Under the pieces are notes generated by a model that was not told where the DNA came from, did no database searches, and worked only from the letters and a program-made list of their open reading frames with translations. 64,000 bases of DNA from Saccostrea cucullata (taxonomy: Eukaryota). The position numbers and the translations under genes were made by a program. The DNA lies in contig NW_026939229.1 in assembly GCF_032062105.1 (NCBI RefSeq), forward strand, positions 1-64,000. The letters run 5' to 3'. This document shows positions 1-13,761 of this stretch, piece by piece (position 1 is the stretch's first letter; every line of letters begins with the position of its first letter).

Positions 1-29
1 AACGCTTTATTAAAGCAGCTGTAAAACTT

Positions 30-1010
30 GTTAATATCCCAAAAATGGATTAACTGAAATATGTGAAATTTACAGCAACCAAATGCCCGTTTTATAGACA
101 GGTGAACATGTAGATTTCAATGAAAAAAAATTATATACTGGGTACCGTCCTTGGCAACAATGACTTACAACAACCGATGTAAATTTGCGAAATATCAACA
201 AATTATCAATGATTATGTTTTATTGACTTTAAGACAATTAGCAAAATTGATAAAAATAATTTTGGGGATAATTCATACTGTTTTAAAGAAACAATTTATA
301 GTTGAAATGTTTAAAACTCAAAAGTCAACCTTTATTTTGAAAAATCAGAGAAAACGACAGCGTGTAGGAATATCCAAACAATTATTTATAAAAAAAAAAA
401 ACAAAAATTGTACTTATCTACGTTTGTATGAAATTCTAACAGATAATGAAACTTGAATCCATTTTGCTTTAAGCCTTCAAAACACATTTACAATAAGATG
501 CAGTTGACAAAACTGCAAAGACCCAAGAAGAGCAAAGAATTGCAAAAGCATATAACAGTTTTACATGTTATTTTCTTAAATATTAGCGGTCTTGTTGTTC
601 AAATTCATATTCAGGGAGGAACTTCAATTTCTGGAGGAGTCTAGAAAACAATTTTTTTGCAAAAAAAAAATGAAAGGTTTCTATGAGGAAGGAAACAGAA
701 TGAAGAATTCACTACATTTCATGTCTTCATGACGGCGTCCAAAACCACAGGCCATGAAGAATAAAGGAGTTTTGGGGATAAATAGAAAATTAATGTTTTG
801 TCACACTAACAATATTTGCCAGATCTTTAAACCTTTGACTTGTTTATTTTCTAAACTTAGAAAAACATCTATCAGAAAAAAATATCAAGTACAGCAAATC
901 ATAGGATCTGTCATATTCCAGTATACGAAGGGTCATACTCAAAAATGTCTTCGAAAAACAATTAGAAATTAAATGAAAATGTTACGGATATACGTTTTAA
1001 TTGAAAGAGA
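30..1010 (+). mobile_element. Highly degenerate mariner transposase relic
   Basis: Fragments IINDY..TLRQLAK..IILGIIHTVLKK, EILTDNET, VLHVIFLNISGLVVQIHI and CQIFKPLTCLFSKLRK parallel the transposase at 46792-47871. Confidence 0.65.
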
Positions 1011-1275
1011 ATATTTTGGTTAAATCATTAAGACAAAGTCATAGAAAAACGTTTTTTGTTTCATTAATAATGACAATATTTATTGAACGCCCCTCGTATA
1101 GTGTATAGTAGTAAAAACAGTGTTGACTGAATATTCCATGTTATGTTAACGTTCTTACCTTGAATTTTGTTTTCTTTCTGAAAGTAATATTTTCCAAGCA
1201 TTATTCTAAAATGATTGACTAATTCAGAAGAATAAAAAAAATCATAATTACTCATAACTTTAACTAAATACTTAC

Positions 1276-4200
1276 CAACACATAAAATTTGGTATCTTCT
1301 ATTAAAGATAAAAAGGGCAACAAGAACAACTAAAACAACTCCTCCAATTGTCCCGCCAACAATAATTTCCAATTTTGATTGAGGTGTATGAAATCCTGAA
1401 CATAAAATACCAATAATGAATGATAAAATAACTTTTTGTAAAAATTTCAACCATTAAATATGAAATTTGAAAAAAAGGTTCAACAGCAATATTAAAGTGA
1501 TAAATCAAAGATATCTTAATGAATAATATATTTAGATAGCGATGTAATGTTTGCGGACTTGAGTTATAAGATCTCAAACACGATAAGACAGCATCTGACA
1601 TCAAACTCAATGCCAATTATACGTTACGTAAAACGCAAGGATTGCGTAACTGTATCCCCTCCAATTCCATTGCGGTAGGGTATTAAAATCTTAAATATGC
1701 AATTTTCTCTGAAAAATTGCTCTATTTTATTCATGAAATCATTTTACGTCGACATAAGTACTGTCAATATGTTTAATAACTATAATAACCATGTTCTATC
1801 GTGGAAAGCATTTGTAATTTCATTTTTTTAATTTAAAATAATATAAAAATTTTAGTAAATTCGGACTCTAGACACGTAGAATATTCCAATAGAATACCCC
1901 CCCCCCCCAAAAAAAATGAAATAAATTTATACGCTTAAATAATGAGTGCGATTATAAAACGCAGAAAAAAATAACTTCCTTACTTTACACAAAATTACAA
2001 GAAGTACAAGATCTTGGGATGCATCTGAGTATGTTACAAAACTATAAATCATTGTTTGTTTATTTGTTTGTTGTCCCTCTCAAGAATTTGTAAAGTATGT
2101 TATCATGGCAAAGGATGCTCAGAGGTATAGAATAAAACATAGTTAATTGATCAATAAAGTTTGTTGCAAGAGAAACATAAGACTGTGCAAAACAAAACAG
2201 TTTTTCATAAGCACTACTGTAAACTCTAACAACTCAGATTTTTCTTGAACCCACTAATGTCTTGGACGAATATTTATTGAAATAATAGAGAGGTGTTATT
2301 ATTTATCTATTATTCAAATCTGTCTAACTATAAAAAAAAAACTTCGAAAGAACTTAATATTTTATTTATTTTTGAAATTTTGTACTTTTCTGTTACTTTT
2401 TATTTACATAGATTGTTAAGCACTAGTGACAAATGCAAGTTAAGAGGAATCACAGCTGAAAGGTTAATAGGGATAAATTCCCTCGGTGGTTCATTAAAAC
2501 ATTGCCGATGATAACTATGATGTATTTTTAAAATTAATTATATATTATTTTATATGAATAAATGCATGCATACTAAAATATTACCGCTTCGTTTCTGTGT
2601 TGTGAATGTTTCAGAAGATCCAATCGTACCGATTATAGGCGTAGTACGTGGGGTAGTGGTAGTTGTAGTTTTCACTATCCACATGTAAACGAAAAGAAGT
2701 CTTTAGATAATAAGTTAAAAAAAACATTCAACCCAGGTTTGACGGGATACAGCTGATTTCTCAAAGAAATCTCTGTTTTAATCTTTGATCATGAGTTTCT
2801 AACAAGGCTCTAAAATTTTATGCAATCTCTTAAATATTTATTATAAAAAATTGATAAAATCCAATGTTTTCTTAAACATATCCATAGTACAAATGAGACA
2901 AAAAAATGTTACTCTTTGAACATGAGACTTTTTGCACATCAACCATTAAATCAAAGGGAAACAAGTCTTAACGAAACAATCCCTTACCAATTTGTAAAAT
3001 TTGGTCTCTAGATGCATTGAAATATTTTCCATTGAATCCATTGAATGCAGTACAAGTATAAGTCCCTGTATTTGTTTCCTGAAGATTGGTCAGAGTCAAT
3101 GTTCCATTAACGGATGATAGTTCTGTAGCATTGTCATTGGGACTGGCCTTGAATTTCCATAGATACCTGTTAGCAATCTTATTTGTGTGGATCCCAGGAG
3201 TTGGATTACCATCAGCTTGACAGATCAAGGTCAGAGAGGAGCCAACAGAATACTGAGAGTCAGGACCAACGTCTGGAAGCTTCCTTATGATGGGAACATT
3301 GACCTTAACTATAATTATAGCAAAATACTGAGAGTTAACATTAGTGGTCCGTGCAACTACCTAATTCTAGTAACTCTGAACTTAAACACACTAAAGAACT
3401 TGATGTTTGTTATGGTAAATTATAATTTACATTAGGGTGAGTTCACCATGCATCGGACACATACTTTGCTTCGGACAACTTTAGGCAATAAACTCTCTTT
3501 CAACGTAAGAGTTCTGTGTTTTTATTTGTTTCTGTCATAAAGATGAAGATTTAAATTATTTAATGATACCGATTGTGTTTATCATATTGTGATAGAAATA
3601 CCCCGCAAATGGCCTTGAAGTTACGTCATATTTTACATCATCAAAGGGGAATAACTCGAAATTTATGATTTTGCAATTTTTAGAGTTATCGTTCTTTTTA
3701 ATTCGACTTCCATGGAACGAGTCGGACTTTGATGAATTTTGTCAGGGATTGGTAATTTTACATAAATTATAAAGAAGTTTCACTTCAATGTTTGTTTAAT
3801 TCTTATTATAGCTGGTTTTTACCAGTATGCTAATTTCACCGTACATCGGACACAAATTAACCATGCATCGGACACTTTTCGATGCAAAGGTAAGCACTAC
3901 CATTCTCATACTGAACCCAGCTGACAGCTGTTTTTTGCGGAAAAAGAAAATAAAAACTCTATATTTTCAGACAAAAAACAAGTTATCGATATATGACGTC
4001 TGGAATTTTACTCAATTTATTTCTACAAACCAGAGTATGATAAACCATGAGAAAAAGGCGCGAATTTCGGAATTATAAGCATTTTAAAGCATTTCTAAGG
4101 CAGAGTGAGGTCTCTAGAATCGTTCTACATTTGTGCAATAATATCGTCGATTAAATTATGTTGAGGGATATTTCTTTGATAAAAGATGAAAATATATCCA

Positions 4201-7200
4201 TATCAAGGATTTTAAAGCACTGTGATAAAGGTATGATATTTTTCCGGTCTCCATACTGTCTGTTCGATGAATGGTGAACAATGTCCGATCCATGGTGAAT
4301 TCTTAGTTTTTCTTAAAAACTCGATTTTTGGGGAAATTTTCTCAATAAACGACATATAATTGTGTCCTAAATTGATATTTTAATCACAAACTAAATGTTA
4401 AACTCCATTTTGATAATTTTCCGTCGATAGCGATATCGCTAGAACTTGTTGAAGTACAAGGGTGTCCGATGCATGGTGAATTCACCCTAATTAGAAAAAC
4501 GCTCCGTTACATTTTGCTTTATGTAAGCTACTGAATGCAGGGGTTAGAGGTACATGTATTTTCGCCCCATGTTATTTTGACACTACTACTTTTGTCCGGT
4601 TTAAATACGTCCAGTAACAGTTCCGGTTAAGAAATTATACTGACATCCTGTAGTAAATTTACCAACTTGTGTCTATGTTGAAAGGGGCGAAAATAAAACA
4701 GAGGCGAAATTTTTCCTGTATACAGTATTTTATTATTTTATGCGCTTTTACACATTGTATTAGTATATAAATGTTCATGTCTGCTCATGATCTATCAGTG
4801 CTAGTTACACATGACATGAACACAAAGATAAACTTACAGAATACATTGACCCTTTTGGATTCTTGGTTAGGTTTGTCTCGGTCTGGCATTGTTAACAGTT
4901 CATTGTCCACAAAACATCTCCACACCGACTGGTCGTCATCCTTTGTCATCCTGTATGTTACCGTGCTCGTCACGTTGTACACGCACACGCCTCTCTGAAC
5001 TGGTGGGGTGGTGGTAGACACCCCTGTCATTTCCTGGGGAGCTGTTATGCCTCTCCTGTAGCGCCACCACCTGATTTGTCCTGGAGGTTTTCCAACATTG
5101 GCTGTACAGGACAAAGTCACTTCCATGTTCTCTTCTATATTGTCTGGTACAGGAACTGGAATGTCATATGGTTGCTCAGCAGGTGCTGTAAATATGTTTT
5201 TTATCTTTTATTAAACTATTCTTAATTTGCATTCACGACAATTTTTGTGGTTTCAATACAATTTAAATTGAATACATTTAGCACATTTACATGTATATGA
5301 CACTTTTAGAACATAAGTAACGCATTTAAATAGCAGTACTTTACGTATAATAAAATATTTACCTCTAGATGTGAGAGAGGTTTCTTTTGTCTTAGTAATG
5401 GTACCTAATCCAGGATTAATAAATAAAACAGAACATCTGTAGTAATTTTCGTCCGAACACATCACATCTTTTACTCTCATCACAACAACATAAAAATTGG
5501 CTCCAATAACTGTTACATTGAATAATTCAGATCGATTCTTATAATCCTCAGCAACAGGATAGTTTGTAAAGGAATTAGAACCACCTGATCCAGGGGGAGA
5601 AAAAGATGCTATGTTTGTAAAATCCTCTGGTCCTGATCCTGTTTTAACTTGCCAGGAAACAGATCCTGGCAAGACTGTATCATCAGAATCTGTTGTATAT
5701 GTACACGTAAGGTCAACAGAGCCTCCAATTGTGGGCGTGAGAGAGCCAGCTGTGGAAACTGAACCAGCAATACTTCCTTAAATATAAATATTATATAATT
5801 ATGTAAGAAGTGTGCATATCAATTCAATTTTATCAATAGATGATTATTTACTTATACCAACGTTAAAATTAACTGTATATATGATACATGCTTTTGGGGT
5901 CAAATACTCTATATCTACAAAGTAGGCTGTCTTTCATTCAATCTATTGCACATGTAATGTTTTAGATAATAGAGAGGTTGAGATCTTAAACGTGTATACA
6001 CGTAGGCGAGAACTTGTAGATTTTTACACTTAAACTACAGAATATATATATATATATTTATTTATTTATTTATTTTCTAGTGATGGCAATTTGTAACCGG
6101 TTAACCGATTACTCGGTCGGAACAATGGCAATCGGTTAGAAAATCTGTAATCGGTTAGTCGTACAAAATAAAATTCATATAAATTTGAACTCATTTTTTG
6201 AAAATTCATTTTTGAAAAAAAAAAAATAAATCTTTGCATAAACATGCATAATTCAGCATTTTCACATATACAAGCTGACTTGTGTGTAATTATGATTTTC
6301 TGGATTGAGATTGTGATATAATTGGTCATTTTGTGTATGAAGTGTTAATAATGTTCCCCAAACGAAGTTTGGGAACATATTGTTTTTACTTTCTTCTGAC
6401 TTTTCTTCTTCTTCCTGTGTACTTTTTTGTCCGCGAATGTTCTTGTAAACTGCTCAGCCGATCTAGGTGAAACCTTTTTAGGGTTACTAGGTATATTATG
6501 CAGATGAGTGGAACGAAGGTCATTTTGCTTGCACGTGCGTGCACATTGTTACACGTGAAATGACCAATATAATTGATATAGCCGTAACTTTTTAAATTTT
6601 TGATGAAATGCTCTGAAACTCATAATATAAGGATATATTAGTAGTATAGACATGATGACACAGTCAAAATAGCAAGATCTCACGCGCATGCACGTGCGCT
6701 TCGCTCTGAATGGCTGAAACTAAAGTCTAAATATCTCTTTTGTTTTCTGACAAAATCCTCTGAAATTTTGAACATAGTCATACATTATGAAGATCTACAG
6801 CATGATATATAAGAATAATCATGAACGCACGCACATGCACGTGTGCTTCAATCTGATTGGCTAAAACACCGTTTTAGGGTTACAAGGTATGTTATGCAGA
6901 TGTGCTGAACGAAGGTCATTTTGCACGCACGTGCGTGCATGTGCGCGCACGTGCAACACGTGAAATGACCAATATAATTGATATTGCCGTAACTTTTTAA
7001 ATGAATGATGAAATGCTCTGAAACTCATACATAATATAAGGATATATTAGTAGTATAGACATGATGACACGGTCAAAATAGCAAGATCTCACGCGCATGC
7101 ACGTGCGCTTCGCTCTGATTGGCTGAAACTAAAGTCTAAATATTTTTTTTTGTTTTCCGACAAAATCCTCTGAAATTTTGAACATAGTCATACATTGTAT

Positions 7201-8677
7201 ACAGCATGATAATAATAATAAGCATGAACGCACGCACATGCACGTGTGCTGCAATCTGATTGGCTAAAACTTCAAATGCATTAAACTTTCTTGGTTCTCA
7301 ATAATACCGGGTGAAATTTCGAATATGAATAGATATAATGAATGCCTACTTTATGCTACTGTGAAAAGTAAATGTAAGGACGTGCATGTACATGCGCGCA
7401 CACACAATGCGTTAAACAACAGTATACTTGAGTTTTTGATGTTCATGCAGAATTAGGAACTTCTAAATGTCAAGACATGTAACATACTGAAGCAGATCTT
7501 TTGACCCATGACCTTGAAACTTAAGTCAAGGTCACTGGTAACCTGAATAAAATGTTGATATCAGCTATTTACCAAAGTGACCTTGATCTATGAACTTGAA
7601 ATAGACCATAACCTTTGACCTTGACCCAATGGTAAAAAGAAACATGAAGTACATGTATCTAGAAACAACTTTCAGAGTTTATTTCGGTTGGCAGGATAGA
7701 GATGGTAGTTTTTAATGACCTTGACCTTTCATCCAAATGTCACAATCAATCTAAATTACTTCCAGTAAGGTACAAGATTCAACTCCCACGTTTAATAGGT
7801 TAAGAATAAAAATACCCCCCCCCCCCCCCACACACACACACATATCAAAATAATAGCGACATACATGTAGAAAATCGATCGCTGTGAAGCTCAAATAACA
7901 CCTCGGACCCACATAAAATTTCATGGAAACTGTAGAAAAGAGCTCGAGGAAAGTATATTAAAAAATTTGATGTGATTTTCCAAAGTATATAGAAACTATT
8001 AATTTATACGGAAAAAATTACAAATCCTGTCGTGTTTGAAATTAAAGTGCAGCTGAACAAAATTTGTATGTAAGTCTTTTATAGTTTATTTATTCAAATG
8101 TCGTTAATAGCATTCAATTTTACTGATTTGAAATAATATTTAAATATCAAGCATCCTTTGTTTATTTTGCCTTTGAAATTTATTTGAATTATTTTTAAGA
8201 ATTTCGCAATCACCAGAAATAGCGATTTTCGGTATATTAAAAAATCAATATACATGTACGCTCCTTCGTAAAAAAAAAATCAGGTATTTGCATTCATGAA
8301 AAATATAGTAATAAGGTGTTGAAAAATATTGGTCACATTAGCTGACACGAATGTCTTTATAAACTTCTCTTGTAAATCCCAGAAAGTAGCCTCCTAATGC
8401 ATTGGAAAAAATTAATAGTTCCGGTCAAAATTCTTTATATATATTTATTTACAAAGTACAGTGTATATAATATTTACTAGGCACAGGTACCTACCAGAGT
8501 TGTCAAAATAGCCTGAGAGGAAATATAAAAAAAAATTCTGAACAGAAAGGAAAAGTTCCTTTTCCATGTATGGAACTTCAATTGAATAAGTTTATCTTGA
8601 TTGGGTAGCTATTCCGAGGTTAAAATCAGTAGAGAAATAAAATGTGAATAAGCATTTTAAAGAATGACATATACTTG

Positions 8678-8708
<31 letters not shown>

Positions 8709-11020
8709 CGAAAAGCTTTGACCATTCTGTTCTTTACTAGATTTCCCCCTTGTAATAAATATTGTGACCCCACCCTACCCCAATGATCATAATTTAGACA
8801 ATTTGAAATCTACACTACCCTCGGATGCTTCCACATAAGTTTCAGCTTTTCTGGCCCTGTGGTTCTTGAGAAGAAGATTTTCAAAAATTTTTCCTATATA
8901 TTTCTATGTAATACTTTGATTTCCCATTGTGGCCCCGCCCTACCCCCAGGGGTCATGATTGGAATAATTTAGAATCTACACTAGCTGAAGATGCTTTCAC
9001 AAAGTTTCAGCTTTTCTGGCACGGTGGTTCTTGAGAAGAAGATTTTTAAAGATATTTCCTTTATATTTCTTTTTAAAACTTTGATTCCCCATTGTGGCCC
9101 GCCCTACCCTTGGGGGTCAGGATTAGAATAATTTAGAATTTACACTACCCCAGGATGCTTCCACATAAGTTTCAGCTTTTCTGGCCCTGTGGTTCTTGGG
9201 AAGAAGATTTTCAAAGATTTTTCTATATATACCTATGTAAAACTTTGATTCCCCATTGTGGCCCCGCCCAACCCCCGGGGGTCATGATTTGTACAATTTA
9301 GAATCTACACTACTCCAGATTGCTTCCACATAAATTTCAGCTTTTCTGGCCCAGTGGTTCTTGAGAAGAAGATTTTCAAAAATTTTTCCTATATATTTCT
9401 ATGTAATACTTTGATTTCCCATTGTGGCCCCGCCCTACCCCCAGGGGTCATGATTGGAATAATTTAGAATCTACACTAGCTGAAGATGCTTTCACAAAGT
9501 TTCAGCTTTTCTGGCACGGTGGTTCTTGAGAAGAAGATTTTTAAAGATATTTCCTTTATATTTCTTTTTAAAACTTTGATTCCCCATTGTGGCCCGCCCT
9601 ACCCTTGGGGGTCAGGATTAGAATAATTTAGAATTTACACTACCCCAGGATGCTTCCACATAAGTTTCAGCTTTTCTGGCCCTGTGGTTCTTGGGAAGAA
9701 GATTTTCAAAGATTTTTCTATATATACCTATGTAAAATTTGATTCCCCATTGTGGCTCCGCCCAACCCCCGGGGGTCATGATTTGTACAATTTAGAATCT
9801 ACACTACTCCAGATTGCTTCCACATAAATTTCAGCTTTTCTGGCCCAGTGGTTCTTGAAAAGAAGATTTTTAAAGATTTTTCCTATATATTTCTATGCAA
9901 AACTTTGATTCCCCATTGTGGCCCCGCCCGACCCCAGGGGTTATGATTTGTACAATTTAGAATCAACACTACCCCAGGATGCTTCCACATAAATTTCAGC
10001 TTTTCTGGCCCAGTGGTTCTTGAGAAGAAGATTTTTAAAGATTTTTCCTATATATTTCTATGTAAAACTTTGATTCCCCATTGTGGCCCCGCCCAATCCC
10101 CGGGGGTCATGATTTGAACAATTTAGAATCTGCACTACCCCAGGATGCTTTCACATAAGTTTCAGCTTTTCTGGCCCAGTGGTTCTTGAGAAGAAGATTT
10201 TTAAATGACCCCACCCTATTTTTGTCTTTTCTTGATTATCTCCCCTTGTGAAGGGACTTGGCCCTTCATTTTAACAATTGAAATTACCCTTTACCCAAGA
10301 ATGCTTTGTACCAAGTTTGGTCAAAATTGGCCCAGTGGTTCTTAAGAAGAAGTCGAAAATATGAAAAGTTTACGGACGGACAGACGGACGGACGGACGAC
10401 GGACATAATGTGATCATAAAAGCTCACTTGAGCCTTCAGCTCAGGTGAGCTAAAAATGGTTACTTTATATCTGTATTGTTTTCTTTTATTCGCGGGATGT
10501 TAATCGCTTTATCGCTTAATCATCTTACATATGCATGTACATGTACCTGTGCGCGCATGCAAGACGTTAAACGATATATAGTTAATATCATTGTAATTTT
10601 TATATTCTTAAATGAAATCCTTGGATACTTAGTATATTTATAAAAGGTTTACAGGAATAAGACATGAAAGGGGACATGGGGAACGTTTGGGGAACATCTG
10701 TAACGGTCCCCGTTACAATTAGCACTAGTTACTGTGAAAACACCTCGAGTCGTTATCCCGACTGTCCTGCATTTCTTAAATGATAATTAAAGCTCCGTTA
10801 AGAACTGCGAATTTGTATTCTTGTTTTTTTCAGTTATGTATTCTATCGAATAACTGAATAACTAAACAAACTGTGTAAAAATAAGTGATGTATTTCACAC
10901 TAAGTTTTAATTATGGTGACAACGCGGGATGATTGTATGTGAAATCTGCATTGGAAAAATATCAATGATTTCTCAGATATGATTTTATGGTTTTCTTACT
11001 TTTTCACAGTAAAACTAAAA

Positions 11021-11105
<85 letters not shown>

Positions 11106-13363
11106 CCGTCTTCAGGTGTACATAAATTGAACTGATTGTTTTGCTTAGTAACGTTAACTATGACGTCATGACGTCATGGTCACAAAGCAAAACTCACTTA
11201 TTTTAACGGATATTTTTAATAAAACCACGAATACGCACCAATATCTAAACTTCACTTCGTGCCATCCTACTCACACCAAAAGAAATATCCCTTACAACTT
11301 AGCCAGAAGGATTTGTATGATTGTGAAAGATACAGAAACTAGAAATCAAAGGTTGACCGAACTAAAAACATTTCTTCTAGCACAACATTATCCAGAAAAT
11401 CTTATCCTTTCTGCCATAGAAGAATCCAAGAAAATTCCGCAGCATATTTTAAGAACAACCAGAAAAAAGGACAAAGATCCATTCTTAATCCCTTCTGTAA
11501 CAACATTCAATCCGAAACACATTAATATATTTCAAGAGGCAAGAAAGAATTTTACCATCATTGAACGGGATAATGATCTTCATCAACTTATACCAATATC
11601 GGATTTGATTCGCAGCCAAAGACAACCGCCAAATTTGAAAAGACTATTGACCAGAGCTAAATTCAACACCACTCCAGAACAATATTCCGTAACAAGATGC
11701 GGTGATCCGAGATGCGGTACCTGTTCGAACCTACGAACAGGATCCTCTATTATTTTCAAGTGTGGAAAAACATTTCTTGTGAATGAAAATATGACCTGCA
11801 AGAGCAAAAACCTCCTTTATTGTATTACATGTACCAACTGCGGAGAGGAATACATCGGCCAGACCGGGACCCAATTAACCGCCCGCATGCGCGTACATCG
11901 CCAACAAATTAACAATCCGAGCCTCAGAAACACGCCATGCAGTGAACATTTTGATCTTTGCTCACAAGGAAACTACTGTGTGTTCCCCTTTTATAAACTT
12001 AGGAACGATTCCACTGCAATGTGATTAGCAAAAGAAAACTACTTCATAAATCTTTTTTCACCAAAACTGAACAAACATTAACTTTGAGAAATTACCTAAT
12101 TTTATATATTATCAAATAGAATTTCTGTTTGCTTTGTTTATTGAGACAGAAAAATATGTGATTAATTTAAGCATTGAATTCATATTTTGGGATGTCTTCG
12201 GTCCTATAACACACCTGGCCGTGCCGACAAATTGAATACCGCGCGTTAACGTAGATCTATAACGTGACCAACCCGTTTTACATCTCAATAAAACTCAAAA
12301 AATGATACCTTATTTCTTAATTAAAGATCATTTTTTTTCCATAACTGAAGGAGGAAGTTTTAATTTTACAATAAAATATGCTGTGTTATACAACGTGAAA
12401 TGTAACAAAATGAAACTGCAACATCAGCACACAAAAAAACAATAACAACTTTTGATTACTACATTTTAAATTGCAACATTTTGAGCAGAGAGTTAAGAAA
12501 AATTTATACTTCTTTTCAGCAAGTCAAGGTAAGAGTAATTTTAACAATGAGCATGGATGAAGAAAAAAAAAACGGAAAAATAAAACAAAAAGAAAATGCA
12601 TTGAAAATTGTAGCTTAAATATACTTGAAGTTCAAGGTTTCAAAGGCGAGTTATTGTCAATAGGTAAAATTCAATTTGAAATTTATGTATGAAGTTTTTT
12701 TCTTTACAGCACTAAAATGAGTGGTCAGGTAATACATTGGTAATGTGATTTATTTCCTCTTTCATTTACTAGGACATAAAAATACCACATTTCCCCTACT
12801 GACAAATGGTAAGCTGATTTTTCTTTTTCTTTTATTAAAGACCCCTTCTCTTACACTGTCTCAGAAAAAACCACCCCACATTTACATTTTCTTAAACCAA
12901 TTGGTTTATTATCTTGGTGATAAATTTAAAGACATGATACCGGAATTGCTATCTCATAGGTAATGCATTATTTGAGATCAGCTAAGTTTTAGGCTAAATT
13001 ATTTTTAAAAATGTTTATATTAGTTTAGTGAATGCAAAATCTTCAACATAATTATACATAATTAAAATTAAGACGTTAATGCAAGTAGGTCGTTCTGCCA
13101 ATTTCCTTTTAATACTTAGAAAAACGTCCTACAGAGTAATTGAAAACTTATTTTACAAAAATATTTTCAGGTGTTTTTATATACGCAAATTATGCAGGAT
13201 GTTATAATGTGAACATGGTAAATGAAAAAAAAAAATCAATAACTGTTACTTATTAAATTTCATTCTAGTAAGCAATCCTTTAAAATTACTTACCCCCAGG
13301 AAGGAAGGAAAGGTATAACAAACAAAGATGCAAAAAAGTAAATAATAATTTGTCATATTCCAT
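1276..13363 (-). CDS. Ig-superfamily type I membrane receptor A (signal peptide, V-set, C-type and I-set Ig domains, Thr-rich stalk, TM; nectin/CADM-like architecture); 3' end lies outside the window
   Basis: Exons with GT-AG ends, all phase 1: 13363-13294 (MEYDKLLFTFLHLCLLYLSFLPG), 5776-5363 (V-set: VDLTC..W..DENYYRC), 5185-4838 (VTLSC..IRWW..DDQSVWRC), 3308-2988 (LTLICQADGNPTP..W..NTGTYTC), 2674-2585 (KTTTTTTPRTT), 1395-1276 (TM IIVGGTIGGVVLVVLVALFIF then NRR). The frame is continuous across all joins. Confidence 0.85.
3435..4487. mobile_element. Non-autonomous PIF/Harbinger-type element in an intron of Ig gene A
   Basis: 26-bp TIR GGGTGA(G/A)TTCACCATGCATCGGACAC flanked by TTA/TAA. Internal copies of the TIR motif. 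Confidence 0.8.
6345..10730 (-). mobile_element. Outer non-autonomous Helentron-like (HINE) element
   Basis: Hairpin ATGTTCCCCAAACGAAGTTTGGGAACAT at 6351 and a matching subterminal inverted repeat CGTTTGGGGAACAT at 10684, followed by a short hairpin and ACTAGTT. Internal ~396-bp tandem duplication (6476-6867 / 6872-7270). Confidence 0.65.
8678..10456 (+). mobile_element. pearl/CvA-like HINE with a ~165-bp tandem core, nested in the outer element
   Basis: 5' AACAAGAGGCCCATGGGCCACATCGCTCACC, about 9 core repeats, an (ACGG/ACAG)n tract at 10372-10403, and a 3' hairpin AGCTCACTTGAGCCTTCAGCTCAGGTGAGCT followed by an A run. Confidence 0.85.
11024..11103. repeat. (TA)n microsatellite
   Basis: About 40 perfect TA units. 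Confidence 0.98.
11104..12081 (+). mobile_element. 5'-truncated Penelope-like retroelement (RT thumb plus C-terminal GIY-YIG endonuclease)
   Basis: TNTHQYLNFTSCHPTHTKRNIPYNLARRI, CxxxxCxxC linker, LLYCITC..YIGQTG..RMRVH. Premature TGA at 12022; the natural stop is at 12079-12081. Confidence 0.9.
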
Positions 13364-13630
13364 TGAATTAATGTCAAAGCCCATCGTTATTCGTTGTATA
13401 TTTCTGCATTTTTGATAAGAAAATTCCTAGTACACTCTCCACAGCCAAATCAATAGTGGTTTTGATACCTATGAGATTTAAAAAAAAAAAACCCTATTCA
13501 ATGACCTAGATATATCGTGCAACACAATATAAGGCAGACCGAACCCTATCACAACAATAAAACGACCATAATAAAAATATGCAATATCTTCATATGCTCT
13601 TTTTGAATAGCTAGTAACGTTTATTTTAGA

Positions 13631-13761
13631 AATAAACAACGTTATTCAGTGAACATGGCGTTATGAATAGCAATTGCTCTGCTGGCATATTCCATGATGC
13701 GTTAGCCAGCAGAGCTATTGCTATTCATAATGCCATGTTCACTGAATAATCGTTGTTTATT
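13631..13761. repeat. ~130-bp palindrome, probably the end of a Crypton-like non-autonomous element extending to ~14619
   Basis: AATAAACAACGTTATTCAGTGAACATGGC..GCCATGTTCACTGAATAATCGTTGTTTATT. TTATATTTGCAT at 13764 and ATGCAAATATAA near 14608. Confidence 0.65.

Noticed and set aside
12022-12024. In-frame TGA in the Penelope ORF as a selenocysteine codon
   Set aside because: The position corresponds to the Arg of the GIY-YIG R..E helix (CGA to TGA decay), not a Cys, and no SECIS is seen.
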